Shown here in pieces: positions 19,230-29,808 of a stretch of DNA of 64,000 nt. Position numbers and translations under genes: made by a program. Where the stretch lies: the IMG/VR virus record IMGVR_UViG_3300031998_000005. One strand, 5' to 3'. Under the pieces are notes generated by a model that had not been told where the DNA came from, did no database searches, and worked only from the letters and a program-made list of their open reading frames with translations. Position 1 is the first letter of the stretch. Each line of letters opens with the position of its first letter. Origin of the DNA: a virus. Taxonomy: Duplodnaviria > Caudoviricetes.

Positions 19230-20808
19230 ATGATTGACTCCGATGAAGAATACTACTCGTTAAAGAAACTCTGCAACAATGCAGTCTATCAGTCCACGCA
19301 ACCCGCCCCCTACGATAAGACCAAAATCGTAGGATGCCCCCATTGGGTATTCAGCGAAGAATACGCTCTTACCCACAAGGATTTCAAACTCTATTGGCAC
19401 ACCCCTGGTGTGATGGACGGGGGTATCTACTGCGAAGCCAAATTCAGCCCTACCTATGATGACCATACGCTGTTTGTCAAAATACATCAAGACGGATTCA
19501 TAGATATGGGAGTGCTAAAAGATGCCGAAATCCCGCTTGAACGCTTCCGCAACCGAATGATTTGCATAGACATTGATGAAGAAACAGACGAAATCAACAT
19601 TTCGTGGTTTGATGACCCCGAATATGTCCTGTGGACCGTGCAGTATGCCGATATGGACGGCAGGGAGCATTTTGTAACTGTCCGTGCCCGAACCAAGAAC
19701 GAAGCCAAAGTCATCGCTTGGGCGGATTCCTGCTATTGTGAAGAAACCATCAACCCCGAAAAATTCAGTGTCTATCCCTACAATCCGCACGTCCTCACGA
19801 TGGCGAACTCCAAAGCCTACTATGCCGTGCTGACAAGCCAAATCCATATCTGCGACAAGTATGACGAAGAAGACGCAGCCACCAGACCCGACTAGGAGAA
19901 AACCGATGACCCTTGAAGAAGCAATTATCCACTGCAAAGAACGGGCGAAACTCTGTGATGAATGCGGAGCGGAACACGAGCAACTTGCACGATGGCTGAC
20001 GGAACTCAAAACACTCCGTCAGCATACATCACTCACAAAAATACGAGAAGAGGCGATGAATCGGGAAAATCTGCGATTCAGCCATTTCGTGTTCACTATG
20101 CTCAAATCCATTTGGGCAAGCAACAACGCACTTAATGAAGAAATCCGTTTCCCGAAACTCTCCGAGAAATGGAAAGCCCGTGCAGAAAGTTATCGCAAGG
20201 AAGCCGAAATTCTCAAACAGCCCGAAGAAGAAACCATAGACACGTCTTGGCTTACCCATCTGCTCATTTGCGAGTATGACGATGGGCTTAAAGAAGAGGT
20301 AGAGAACGCCATACAGGAAACAAAAGAATACATCAAGAACCACCCCGAAGAATAAGGAACACACTTATGGAATACTTACTGCTTACATCCGATATAGAAG
20401 CCTGCCAATATGTCGCAAAGCACTGCCGAGTGATAGATGACCTTCACGACGGTGGCGTTATCTTTTCCTGCGACACGGACACAGATGACCTGTATGAAGA
20501 AATCCGCAGGGCTGTTCCGAAAAGCGATTTTTCCCTGTTCAAGTTGCAATACACCCGCACGACCAAAATTGTGCAGGGCAGGGTTCACCAAACGCTAGAT
20601 GCTCGTTCTACGCAGTGGGGGTAGCCGTATGCAGATAATCAACGAAACCCCCGAACTGCGTGATGACGTGACCATATCCATATCCGTCAGCGGGTCATAT
20701 CAAGACAGGCTAGAGGTCAAAGTGGAAACCAAGCAGGGCGACCACACGACCAACGACTACCACTGCCTAGAAATCCCCTGCAACCTGGAACAACTGCAAA
20801 AAGATTAA
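19230..20808 (+). CDS. four hypothetical proteins (19230-19895, 19906-20355, 20367-20624, 20629-20808)
   Basis: Co-oriented ORFs with RBSs. Confidence 0.65.
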
Positions 20809-20817
20809 AAAAGACTA

Positions 20818-20846
20818 TTGACAGGTAGTAGGTATTTTGTTATATT
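20818..20846 (+). promoter_or_regulatory. conserved phage early promoter
   Basis: TTGACA-17-TATATT. Confidence 0.85.
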
Positions 20847-20960
20847 TGTAGTGTGAGGTTGGGAAATTCGGTAAACCCCGCAAAATGCACCTACCGAATT
20901 TCCCTACCTACCGATTTTTATACTAGATTTACAACGTATAATCAAAAGGAAACCACTACT

Positions 20961-21911
20961 ATGGCAAACACAAAAATCCCTTCCTACACGGAAATCAACA
21001 ATGCAATCAAGAAGATTGCGGATATTCCGAGCCGAGTTGATGACGAAGGCTACATCATAGCCGATGGCGTTTCTCTTACAAAGAACGTCTATGACCCGAA
21101 GAATGGCGATTACGAACTGCACGTTCGTGACAAGAAGAACAACAAGTGGCAGTCGTTTGACACCGAAAATGGTGCTGACTGCGTTGAAAGGGCTGCGAAG
21201 TGCTTTGTGGACTTCTACAATGCCAAGCACAAGTCCGAAAGCCGTAAGTTCTCCTGCTCTATGCAGAAAAAGAAGGAATCGCTCTCCAAGAAGTCCGAAG
21301 GTCTTGAAGACGCTGTTATGGATGTGCGAGATATGATTAAGGAACTTGCCGAAGAAACAGGCAACAACCCCGATACCGCCTCCTTTGAAACTGCCACGTA
21401 TGGTAATGGTGTCTGCGTGACCTTTGACAACAACCAGGAATACTACTGCTACAAGACCTACGAGGATGCCGAAGAAGCGTCTAACGAATACAACAAGGAC
21501 TTGCTTGATGACATCGGCATTAGTGGTATTCGCTTTGAAAATATCGGGGGCATTGAAGAATACGTGGACACTGATTGGTTTGAAGATGCCGCCCGTGAAG
21601 ACGCTGAATACTATGTTTCCGACCTTAAAGAAAGCGACCCCGAACAATACAAGGAAGAATTTGGTGACCTTGACGAAGAAGACGCTGCGGAAAAACTCTT
21701 TGTCAATATGGGCGATGACTACGTGGAATGGTTCAAGGAAAACTTTGGCGAAAAGGAACTTGAACAGGTTATCAAACAGAACAACCTTGTGGACTACGAC
21801 AAGTTAGCCGAAGCGATTACCGAGGCTGACGGTCCTGCCCACGGACTCGCAGGCTACGATGGCAAGGAAATTGAATTGCCGTGTGGCTACTACTGCTATC
21901 GTTGGAACTAA
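20961..21911 (+). CDS. two-domain protein with internal CSMQKKKESL tag and very acidic C-terminal domain
   Basis: AAGGA RBS, ATG 20961; D/E-rich second half. Confidence 0.8.
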   Translation: MANTKIPSYTEINNAIKKIADIPSRVDDEGYIIADGVSLTKNVYDPKNGDYELHVRDKKNNKWQSFDTENGADCVERAAKCFVDFYNAKHKSESRKFSCSMQKKKESLSKKSEGLEDAVMDVRDMIKELAEETGNNPDTASFETATYGNGVCVTFDNNQEYYCYKTYEDAEEASNEYNKDLLDDIGISGIRFENIGGIEEYVDTDWFEDAAREDAEYYVSDLKESDPEQYKEEFGDLDEEDAAEKLFVNMGDDYVEWFKENFGEKELEQVIKQNNLVDYDKLAEAITEADGPAHGLAGYDGKEIELPCGYYCYRWN

Positions 21912-21936
21912 CCCAATCAAACAGCGTATAACAAAC

Positions 21937-21960
21937 AAGCCCCGACCAGGGGCTTTTCTT
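21937..21960 (+). terminator. intrinsic terminator
   Basis: AAGCCCC-GACCA-GGGGCTT-TTCTT. Confidence 0.75.
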
Positions 21961-22039
21961 GTTATATCTGCTACGAACAAAAAAAATTTCAGCCACGCCC
22001 TACGCCCCGAACTTTCTTGATATTTTGTTAGATTTCCTA

Positions 22040-22068
22040 TTGACATCTGCTCGGTATTTAGTTATATT
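22040..22068 (+). promoter_or_regulatory. conserved phage early promoter
   Basis: TTGACA-17-TATATT. Confidence 0.8.
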
Positions 22069-22109
22069 TGATATTGTGTTATATTCACAGACAACCACGA
22101 GGATATACT

Positions 22110-22775
22110 ATGACCTTTGACATCAAACAGAAACTGACGGGTGCCCAACTTGCGGGTGGCAATCCGTCCGCAGGCTACCGCACCGAAAACGATTTCTACG
22201 CCACCGACCCACAGGCGGTAAATGACCTGTTCAACGCCCTGTCCAAATACGACCCCGACTTTGACAACTTTTCGCCCCGCACGTTCCTTGAACCCTGCGT
22301 AGGCAACGGGAACATCGCCAAGGCTACCACAGATTATTTCCTGTTCTCCCTTAAACGCAACGAGAACTCCCAATGCACCTTCATAGACCTCGTAGACAGG
22401 GGCTACCCGAATACGAAAGTCCAGGATTTCCTGCTGTTTGAGCCTATGCAACCGCAGACCAAGTTTGACCTTATCATTTCCAACCCCCCGTATTCTCTCG
22501 CCTTGGAGTTCGTGAAGAAATCCTTACAGCACCTGTCCGACCACGGCTACCTTGCGTTCTTCCTAAAAATCCAATTTTGGGAAGGCGAAAAACGCAAGCA
22601 GTTCCTGTTGGACAACCCGCCTGCGTTCTGTTTCCCGTTCGCCAAGCGTATGCCCACTTGGAACAACGGACAGCCCACGGACGAACACGGCAAGCGATGG
22701 GCGACTACGATGTGCCACGCTTGGTTCGTATGGAAACAGGGAAATCACGACCTGTGCAGGACAGCCCCCATTTAG
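22110..22775 (+). CDS. DNA amino-methyltransferase (N6-adenine/N4-cytosine type)
   Basis: DFYATDP, LEPCVGNG SAM-binding motif, ISNPPY catalytic motif. Confidence 0.85.
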   Translation: MTFDIKQKLTGAQLAGGNPSAGYRTENDFYATDPQAVNDLFNALSKYDPDFDNFSPRTFLEPCVGNGNIAKATTDYFLFSLKRNENSQCTFIDLVDRGYPNTKVQDFLLFEPMQPQTKFDLIISNPPYSLALEFVKKSLQHLSDHGYLAFFLKIQFWEGEKRKQFLLDNPPAFCFPFAKRMPTWNNGQPTDEHGKRWATTMCHAWFVWKQGNHDLCRTAPI

Positions 22776-25700
22776 ATAATTAGTTATATTCGCTTTCAAA
22801 GGACCGTTATGCTATCGTTTAAGCAATTTGAACGCTATCAGTTATCCCGCCATCTAAAAGAATGGCGTGAATCCGAATGGGATAAGACAGCCCGTTTCCT
22901 ACTCACTGCCCGTCTGTGGCAGGAAGCCGTCAAGAATATAGGGGAGTATTGGTTCGGAATACCTACGACCCCCAAGTTCAACGTGATTTGGGAGTTCTCC
23001 GAACCCATCGCCCGTATCGTGGGTATGCCCGCCTATATGCTCTCCCGTGTTTCTTGCGATAACGCCCTGTGCCTTAAATCCATCCCCAAGATGGCAGACG
23101 AAGACATCTACCCCCAATCTATCACGGACGCCTGGGTTCAACGCCACGTCCACGAACAAGGATAAACCCCTATGAGTATGGTATCGCACCTTAACGCAGA
23201 ATATATGGAAGCCCAATGCCCGTGTTGCGGTAAGACTTGCACAGTTTGGGAGAGCGACCTTTACGGAACGCTTATGGACGGCAAGGACAACAAGACAAAG
23301 GAATACTCCGTCCGCTGTCCTAGATGCGACCAATCTTTCTATGCGTCCACCGCATACTAGATAATTTGTTATATTCACTTTCCAAGGAATTATATTATGA
23401 GCGAACTCCACAAAATGCTTATGCGTCCGCTAGATTCGGACACCGACGTGTATTCGGTCTATGAGAGCCACGAGGTTGATGACTACATCAAGAAACTGCA
23501 ATCGCAAATTCCCCATTGGGTGCGATTGTCCGACAGGCTACCGACCACAGCCGGTCCGCACCTCGTCATCTTCAAAAGTGGCAGGGGCGGGTGTCTGCCG
23601 TTCAACTTGGAAGCCAAGAGTTTCCAAGTCGCAGGGACTGTCCTGTGGTGGGCAGACGGCAAGGACATTTTCCCACAGGAGAGCGTAGAATGCGGGTGAA
23701 TATCGGATGCGACTATTGCAGATGCACGGACAAGCGGACATACTATATGATTACGCTTACGAGCATCACGGACAGTTCCAATTCCTGCACGAAGGTCATC
23801 TGCGACAAGTGTGCCGAACGGCTCGGAATGACATTAGACGGGATATTGACCAAGCGGGATGTAGACGATGTGCTGAAGGAAATTGAAACCGACATCCTGG
23901 GGGAAGAATGAAAGAAAAGATACCCCGCTACCGAGCCTACACCCTTGACGGGCACCTATGCCGTAGTCTTGACAGCGACACTCTTGAAGAACTGAACCAT
24001 AAGGTTGAACACCACCCGATTGAATGCCAATACCAACCCTTCTTCGTAAGGGATAACAAAAAGGAAAAATGGCTATGAGCGAACTGAAAGCAATCAGCGG
24101 TCACGAAATTCGTGAGGACATAGATTACAACACTAGGGGAATTGACCCCGAAGATAAAGAATGGAACAATTACGGAAAGGAACTCTGTGATACTTTGTAT
24201 TATCGTAAGTCCGAAGCCGACAAGTTTCTTGCTGACTTGGAGGAATCGCACAAGATGGAAGTTGAACAACTCTTGATGGAGATTGTGGGACTGAAAAAAC
24301 AGGTTGCTTTGTTGCAAACAAAATTATCCCAGAACCCGGAGAATAATAATGGATGAAGTAGCAGAGGCTATTGAAAAATACCACGGACTTGTGCCGTTGG
24401 TCTACGACATTGAAACAATGGGTCTTACCGAGGCTCGTCCCCAAGATATGTATTATGCAGTCTACTTGAAACGGGAAGCCGACAAGGTGATTGCCCACAA
24501 TAAGTTCAAACGATGTCTTGACAAGGCGAGTATGTGTGAAAGCGAAGAAAAACGGCTTGAAGCAATAGCACCCCTTTTTGATACCGACAAAGAATGTTGG
24601 GAATACGGCTCGGACTATTGGAAAAAGTGGCACAAGCGGTGGCTCCAACTTGCCGAACAGATTAAAACACAGATGGAGGCGAAATAATGAACGAACAGAC
24701 CGAACTTGAAATCAAGGAAAAACTCGCACGGGAAGAATTTAGGCTACGCTCCCTAGCCGAAGCCGAAGAAAAGAGCAAGGAGATAGCCGAAGAAATCAAG
24801 GCAGTCCTGCGTAAGCACGGGGCTTCCCTTGCCGAGTGGAATCACAACCTGTATATCGTTCCCCCAGGCTTCCGAGTCTATTCCGTATGGAACTTTCCGA
24901 GAGGTGTCCACCTTGACCCCTTGAACGTAGGACTGACGTGCCAACGCTACGACTGCGACTACCGAATCATCAAGCCGTTCCCCGAAGAACTCAAACCTAG
25001 ATAACCTGTTATATTCAACCAAAGGACTACATATATGGGCGATACTATTGACCTCTACACATTCTTCCACAAGATACAGGCAGAATACCCGCACCACGTC
25101 ATCCTAGCCACCGATGAAACCGACGGGACTTGCGTCCGACTCGTAGTGAGCGAAGAAGACTCCCCCGACCACCAAAACATCGGATGCACCATCGCTGACG
25201 ATGTGTGCCTTACCCTTGGGCTTGGTGTCTATGTGGCTTGGAAATACGCCACCGAAGAACACGTCCGACAGGCTATCCGCTACGCCTTTACTTGGCTCAA
25301 CCGATACATCCCCGCCAACAAAATCGTGGACGGCTGTCTGCGTGAGCAGAAACTTGACTACTCCAAGATGGTGCTTGGCGACTTTCCCCACGAAGCCTTC
25401 GCCAACGCCAAGTGTATGGCTGATGCCCTTGACACCAACAAGAACTACCTACTGACCCATTTCGGGGAAATGGAACTCTCGCAGGGCATAGCGTTCCTGC
25501 TCAAACTGCACAGGCTTTCCAAATGACAGAACAGCATTTCAAGGACATACTCTCCAAATACTACCCAGGCATAAAGTTCTTCAAGTCCGAAGACGGCACT
25601 GAAACTTGGGTCTATCCGTGGAACACCCCCGAAGAAAAATGGGGGCTTGAAAAGGTGTCGTTCTTCAACTACCCCCGCAACAAGTATGTCCTGTTGAGCA

Positions 25701-26838
25701 AGACCGACAAAGACCCCTACGACATCTTTAACACTCGCCTTTCCAACTTACCACGACAGCACCCCTACCGATTCCCCAACAACTCCGTTGCCTTTGAATT
25801 TTGGGTTGCGGAACAGGCTGAAAACCGTCGCCCGTTCTACTGCGGGGGATTCCCGCAACTTGACGAAGCCCCCTGCTGCGTTAGATAACCTGTTATATTC
25901 ACTTTCAACCCCCGTATCACTATGCTAGACTACTGCTTTGGAACTAACTTAATCAAGCCCGAAAATTACCGAGAAGTTTGGACTTGCCGATACTTTTCCA
26001 GGGAAGACATAGACCATTACCTGTATGAAGTCGTAGAAAAGAAAGACTCCACCGAACTTGCCGTCCGAGCATATAACTGCAAGGGCGAGTTCGTAAAGGA
26101 AATCCCCGCTGACCTGTGGAAGACAGCCTACGGCTCGTTGTTCTTCATCAACGCTCTCACTTACAAGATAGGATGGTGCGTATGACCCTTATGGATTACA
26201 CGCTCTTGACCAAGGGAATAGCCATCGGCATTTCGGCTACGCTCCCGTTCCTTGTCATCGCCCTTGTAAAATGGCACATTTGGAAATCCGACTGCAAGTT
26301 CTGGAAGATGATGCACTCCGACCTAGCCAAGCAGAACGAACGCCTGTTCCGTGCCGTCAAGGATGCCGAAGACAAAGCCAAGTATGCCGAAGCCGAACTC
26401 AAACACGCCATCAACCAATACAAGCCAATCTAGCCGAGGAACACACCCCTATGTTCATACCCCCATTCCCATACGACGCACCCCCATACGCCCAACTGCT
26501 CAAGATACTCGGTCGCCAGGACCCCGCCACGCAGAAATCCATCGCAGAACTTTCCGAGCAGACCGCACAGCGATACTGCGACCGATACGCAGACCAATCC
26601 GACCGATTCCGCTCATACGCCTACCTATACGACTTGAGCAAGCGGGTGCGGTGGGTCGTGTATCGCAACATTATGTTTGACTACGAACCCGTGGAAGACT
26701 TTGCCGAAATCCAGCAAATCAAGGAACTATACACCAAGCAATTCGGGGAACTCCTGGACAATCCCCCGTGGCAGTGTGTCAACGGCGACGTGGTAAAGCC
26801 CACCCCCGAAACCCTTACCTAGATAACCTGTTATATTC
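22773..26838 (+). repeat. dispersed 19-bp intergenic element TAGATAAYYWGTTATATTC (22773, 23358, 24998, 25882, 26820)
   Basis: Five copies at gene junctions; each contains the upstream stop codon and a -10 hexamer. Confidence 0.8.
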
Positions 26839-27463
26839 AACCAAAGGACTGCACATATATGAAGAAACCCCTGGTAGTCATCCGTGATTGGCGTGTCTGC
26901 ACCGACAGCCCCATCATCTACTATTCACTCGTCATCCTGTCTTCCCTAGCCGTAGGTTTCTTTGTAGCCTACGTGTGGATTCCGCTAGTCCAATGGCTAC
27001 ACGCATACCTATGACGGGCGGGAACACAGGAACATTGGATATTGTGTTATATTCTGCCCGACACCCGTGCTGTTTGCGGAACTTGTCGCTTGGAAAACTA
27101 GGTATCTTGTTAGATGATATTCTGCTGAACCTGCACATCCCCATACTTATATAGGAGGTATAAACCGTGCACGAACACGTATTTATCGTTCTTGTAAACA
27201 AAAAAGATGAAAAAACCTTCGTCTTTTCCGTCCTGTTTGAACAGGACACCACCACAGCCTACGCCTTGGATAAATTTATCACCGAATACCGCAACCAACC
27301 TACATACTCCCCAGGAGATTCCATCATTGCCTATACGTGGGCACCCCCACCAATTATCACTTCTAGCGAGGAAAACTCTATGACTATTTCGGGTGGGGGA
27401 CATAGCCCCCTCTATAGGGGCTTTGATACACAAGACTTACTTAAATCCCCGATACCGCTATAA
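22809..27463 (+). CDS. run of small hypothetical proteins (22809-23165, 23172-23360, 23397-23699, 23690-23911, 24069-24356, 24349-24687, 24687-25004, 25035-25526, 25523-25888, 25922-26185, 26182-26433, 26451-26822, 27167-27463)
   Basis: Co-oriented ORFs with RBSs. Confidence 0.65.
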
Positions 27464-27680
27464 CAGCATACCCCCACACACTATACGGAATAGGTATCTT
27501 GTTAGATGATATTTTGTTATATTCGTATAGGGAAACCCAACCCCCCGCCCCGCCCCTGCGACACCCCTGCCGAAAACTCTACCTACCGATTTTGACACTT
27601 TTTGACACCCCCTTTACATACAACTTAAATATAACACTTTACCTGTAATTTTACACATAAAATATAAGGAAATACCTACT

Positions 27681-27833
27681 ATGGATAATGAGAATACTGC
27701 CGATACCGCAGAACTGCCTTGGTATGAAACGTGCGACCTGTATGATTTCGTGGGTTCGTGCGAGGCTACGATGACCGAAGCCGAGAAACAGGAATACCGC
27801 AACTACTTGCGTGACTTGGATGCGGGGGCTTGA
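27681..27833 (+). CDS. 50-aa acidic hypothetical protein
   Basis: AAGGA RBS, MDNENTAD...DAGA. Confidence 0.6.
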   Translation: MDNENTADTAELPWYETCDLYDFVGSCEATMTEAEKQEYRNYLRDLDAGA

Positions 27834-27947
27834 TATGGCGAAAAAGCGTATATGCAAAAAGGATAAAAAGCCCGCACCTGTTTCGGATGCGGATTTGGAA
27901 ATAATGCTACATTGGCTCGTAGCGATACACAAGTGGGGTAAATCAGT

Positions 27948-28172
27948 ATGACGATAGTATTTGGAATCGTATGTGTAGGGGTAGCGATGTTCTTTCTCGG
28001 ACTCCTGTTCGGGAGTATGCTCCGTGACGGGGAACTGCGGGAACTAGAAAAGCAGTTAGCCGAGCGTGTGGGCGAGAACAGGCGACTGCGGGAACACTGC
28101 GAGCAGTTGCAGGCACGTATGACGGAAAGCCCCGTAACCCCCACGGGTAGCCGAATGCCTCCCATCTTCTAG
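27948..28172 (+). CDS. small TM plus coiled-coil protein
   Basis: N-terminal hydrophobic helix. Confidence 0.55.
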   Translation: MTIVFGIVCVGVAMFFLGLLFGSMLRDGELRELEKQLAERVGENRRLREHCEQLQARMTESPVTPTGSRMPPIF

Positions 28173-28288
28173 GACCGTGTATGCGTAGGGGCGAGTTGGA
28201 TTTCCTGCTAGGGCTGTTCGTGGGGCTGATGTTCGGCTTGCTGTTCGGTGCTAGGTGGATAATGGGCGTGTTGGGTCTGTGGGAGTGA

Positions 28289-28317
28289 TTGACAGGGAAC
28301 AGATAATTTGTTATAAT
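28289..28317 (+). promoter_or_regulatory. consensus sigma70 promoter
   Basis: TTGACA-17-TATAAT. Confidence 0.8.
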
Positions 28318-28322
28318 ATGGG

Positions 28323-28512
28323 GCTAGATGTCCTGGACGCAGGAATCGTAAACCAAGCAGGCAGAACCTACGTGACGGAGTGTATCACACACGCAGGGTG
28401 CCCAAATCGCTTGTCGGACCGTAAGCCGAGGCACGGGGAAGTTCCCCGTGAGCAAGGAAAGCCACCACAGGGGAATTGGGGCAATGCTTCTCCTGTCGGT
28501 GGCTTTCTTATT
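28323..28512 (+). ncRNA. candidate structured ncRNA (~190 nt)
   Basis: Between promoter and terminator-like hairpin 28457-28513; internal hairpins; no RBS-led ORF. Confidence 0.5.
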
Positions 28513-28595
28513 TGCAGGGCGTGTTTGGCACGGCTCTCGTGGAGAAATAGAATACTCCAAAACCCACACACCGAACGGGAGTCGTGCCTTTTCTC

Positions 28596-28624
28596 TTGAC
28601 AGGGAACGGGGGCTAGATTATATT
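28596..28624 (+). promoter_or_regulatory. sigma70 promoter
   Basis: TTGACA-17-TATATT. Confidence 0.75.
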
Positions 28625-28629
28625 TAAGG

Positions 28630-28717
28630 ACAGCACGAGAGTGCTAGACGCATACTCCTTATGTGTTGAAGGTTAAGTTGGGACAGCCCCTGCGGATTTC
28701 CGTGGGGGCTGTCTTTT
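28630..28717 (+). ncRNA. candidate sRNA with anti-SD CUCCU loop
   Basis: GNRA hairpin 28632-28645, hairpin 28647-28667 with loop CTCCT, terminator 28682-28717. Confidence 0.6.
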
Positions 28718-28758
28718 ATGTTAATGAAAATTAACATAAAAGACCCCTTGCCAAGAGC

Positions 28759-28805
28759 GGGAGAAATACTTATCTTTTACATAGTAAAAGATAAGTATTT
28801 CTCCC
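28759..28805. repeat. perfect 22-bp inverted repeat, copy 1
   Basis: GGGAGAAATACTTATCTTTTAC-ATA-GTAAAAGATAAGTATTTCTCCC. Confidence 0.95.
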
Positions 28806-28923
28806 CTGCCTCGGACAGCCTCCCGCTGCCCGTTTTCTTTTGCCCTGGCTACGGGGGCGACACAGCCACCCGTTCCCGTGCAGACGTAAGTAAAAAGTAA
28901 CGAGCGACACCCTTGACAGGGAG

Positions 28924-28970
28924 GGGAGAAATAGTTATCTTTTACTTCGTAAAAGATAACTATTTCTCCC
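28924..28970. repeat. perfect 22-bp inverted repeat, copy 2
   Basis: GGGAGAAATAGTTATCTTTTAC-TTC-GTAAAAGATAACTATTTCTCCC. Confidence 0.95.
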
Positions 28971-28974
28971 TGTG

Positions 28975-29010
28975 AGTGGAAAGGACAGCCGATAGGCTGT
29001 CCTTTCCACT
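28975..29010. repeat. perfect 16-bp inverted repeat
   Basis: AGTGGAAAGGACAGCC-GATA-GGCTGTCCTTTCCACT. Confidence 0.9.
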
Positions 29011-29108
29011 TCCCCCATACTATCTCCCACACGCAAAGAAGGACACCCGTGCGGATGTCCTTCAGCCTTGCCGTAGCAAGGCGGTCCACGCAGGAAAGCG
29101 TGGCGGGA

Positions 29109-29808
29109 TTAACTGCGGTCTAGCATAGCCTGGAACTCCCTGTCGCTCACGACATCGTGGCGGGCGTGGAAATCCTTGTAGGCTTGCATATTCACTTTGC
29201 CGATGGGTCTATTACGCAGATAGACAGGGGGCAGATATTTCCCGTGAACTATCCCGCTATACGGCTTTACGGGTTTCCCCCAATCGTTCGTGTCAAACAG
29301 CAACCCGCCCACTAGCAACATCAGCACCACAAAGGCAAGCGTGACTAATCCACCAATCATAAACGGTCCTCCATTATCTTTTGCATTTTCTCGGTTCTCA
29401 AATCCTGCGGGAGCAGTTTCAGCATACGGGCGACAGGAACAAAAATCCTACGCCTGCTCCCGTCAGCCATCAGCACGGTCCTATACCTGTTCGCTCTCAT
29501 TCCGTCCACTCCACTTGCTCGGCACTTTCTAGCACATCGTTAGGCAGGGAGTCCAACACCCTTCCGAACCCTTCCGTGTCCGTGGTCAGCATCGCACAAT
29601 CCTCGTCTATCTCCACGAAACTCGCCCGCACTTCTTCAAGGTATCTGCTACTCCACTGCAACACCCACCCGCAACCTGTTCGCCTTTCCAACACGGGGAG
29701 CAGTCGCATCCCGTATAGGCGTATGGACTCCAAGGTCAGCGTGTGCAATCCGCTCCGCACGAATGCGAGTGCCATCAGTATTTCAGCACTCAAAAAGCGT
29801 GTCATCAT
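29109..29808 (-). CDS. two hypothetical proteins (29109-29360 membrane, 29497-29808)
   Basis: AGGA RBSs on - strand. Confidence 0.6.

Noticed and set aside
22773-26838. Integron attC sites
   Set aside because: The element is 19 bp, not an extended imperfect palindrome with RYYYAAC/GTTRRRY ends, and no integrase is present.
28759-28970. Protelomerase telRL site
   Set aside because: Two copies with asymmetric 3-nt centres and no protelomerase in the window; cannot be supported, though not excluded.
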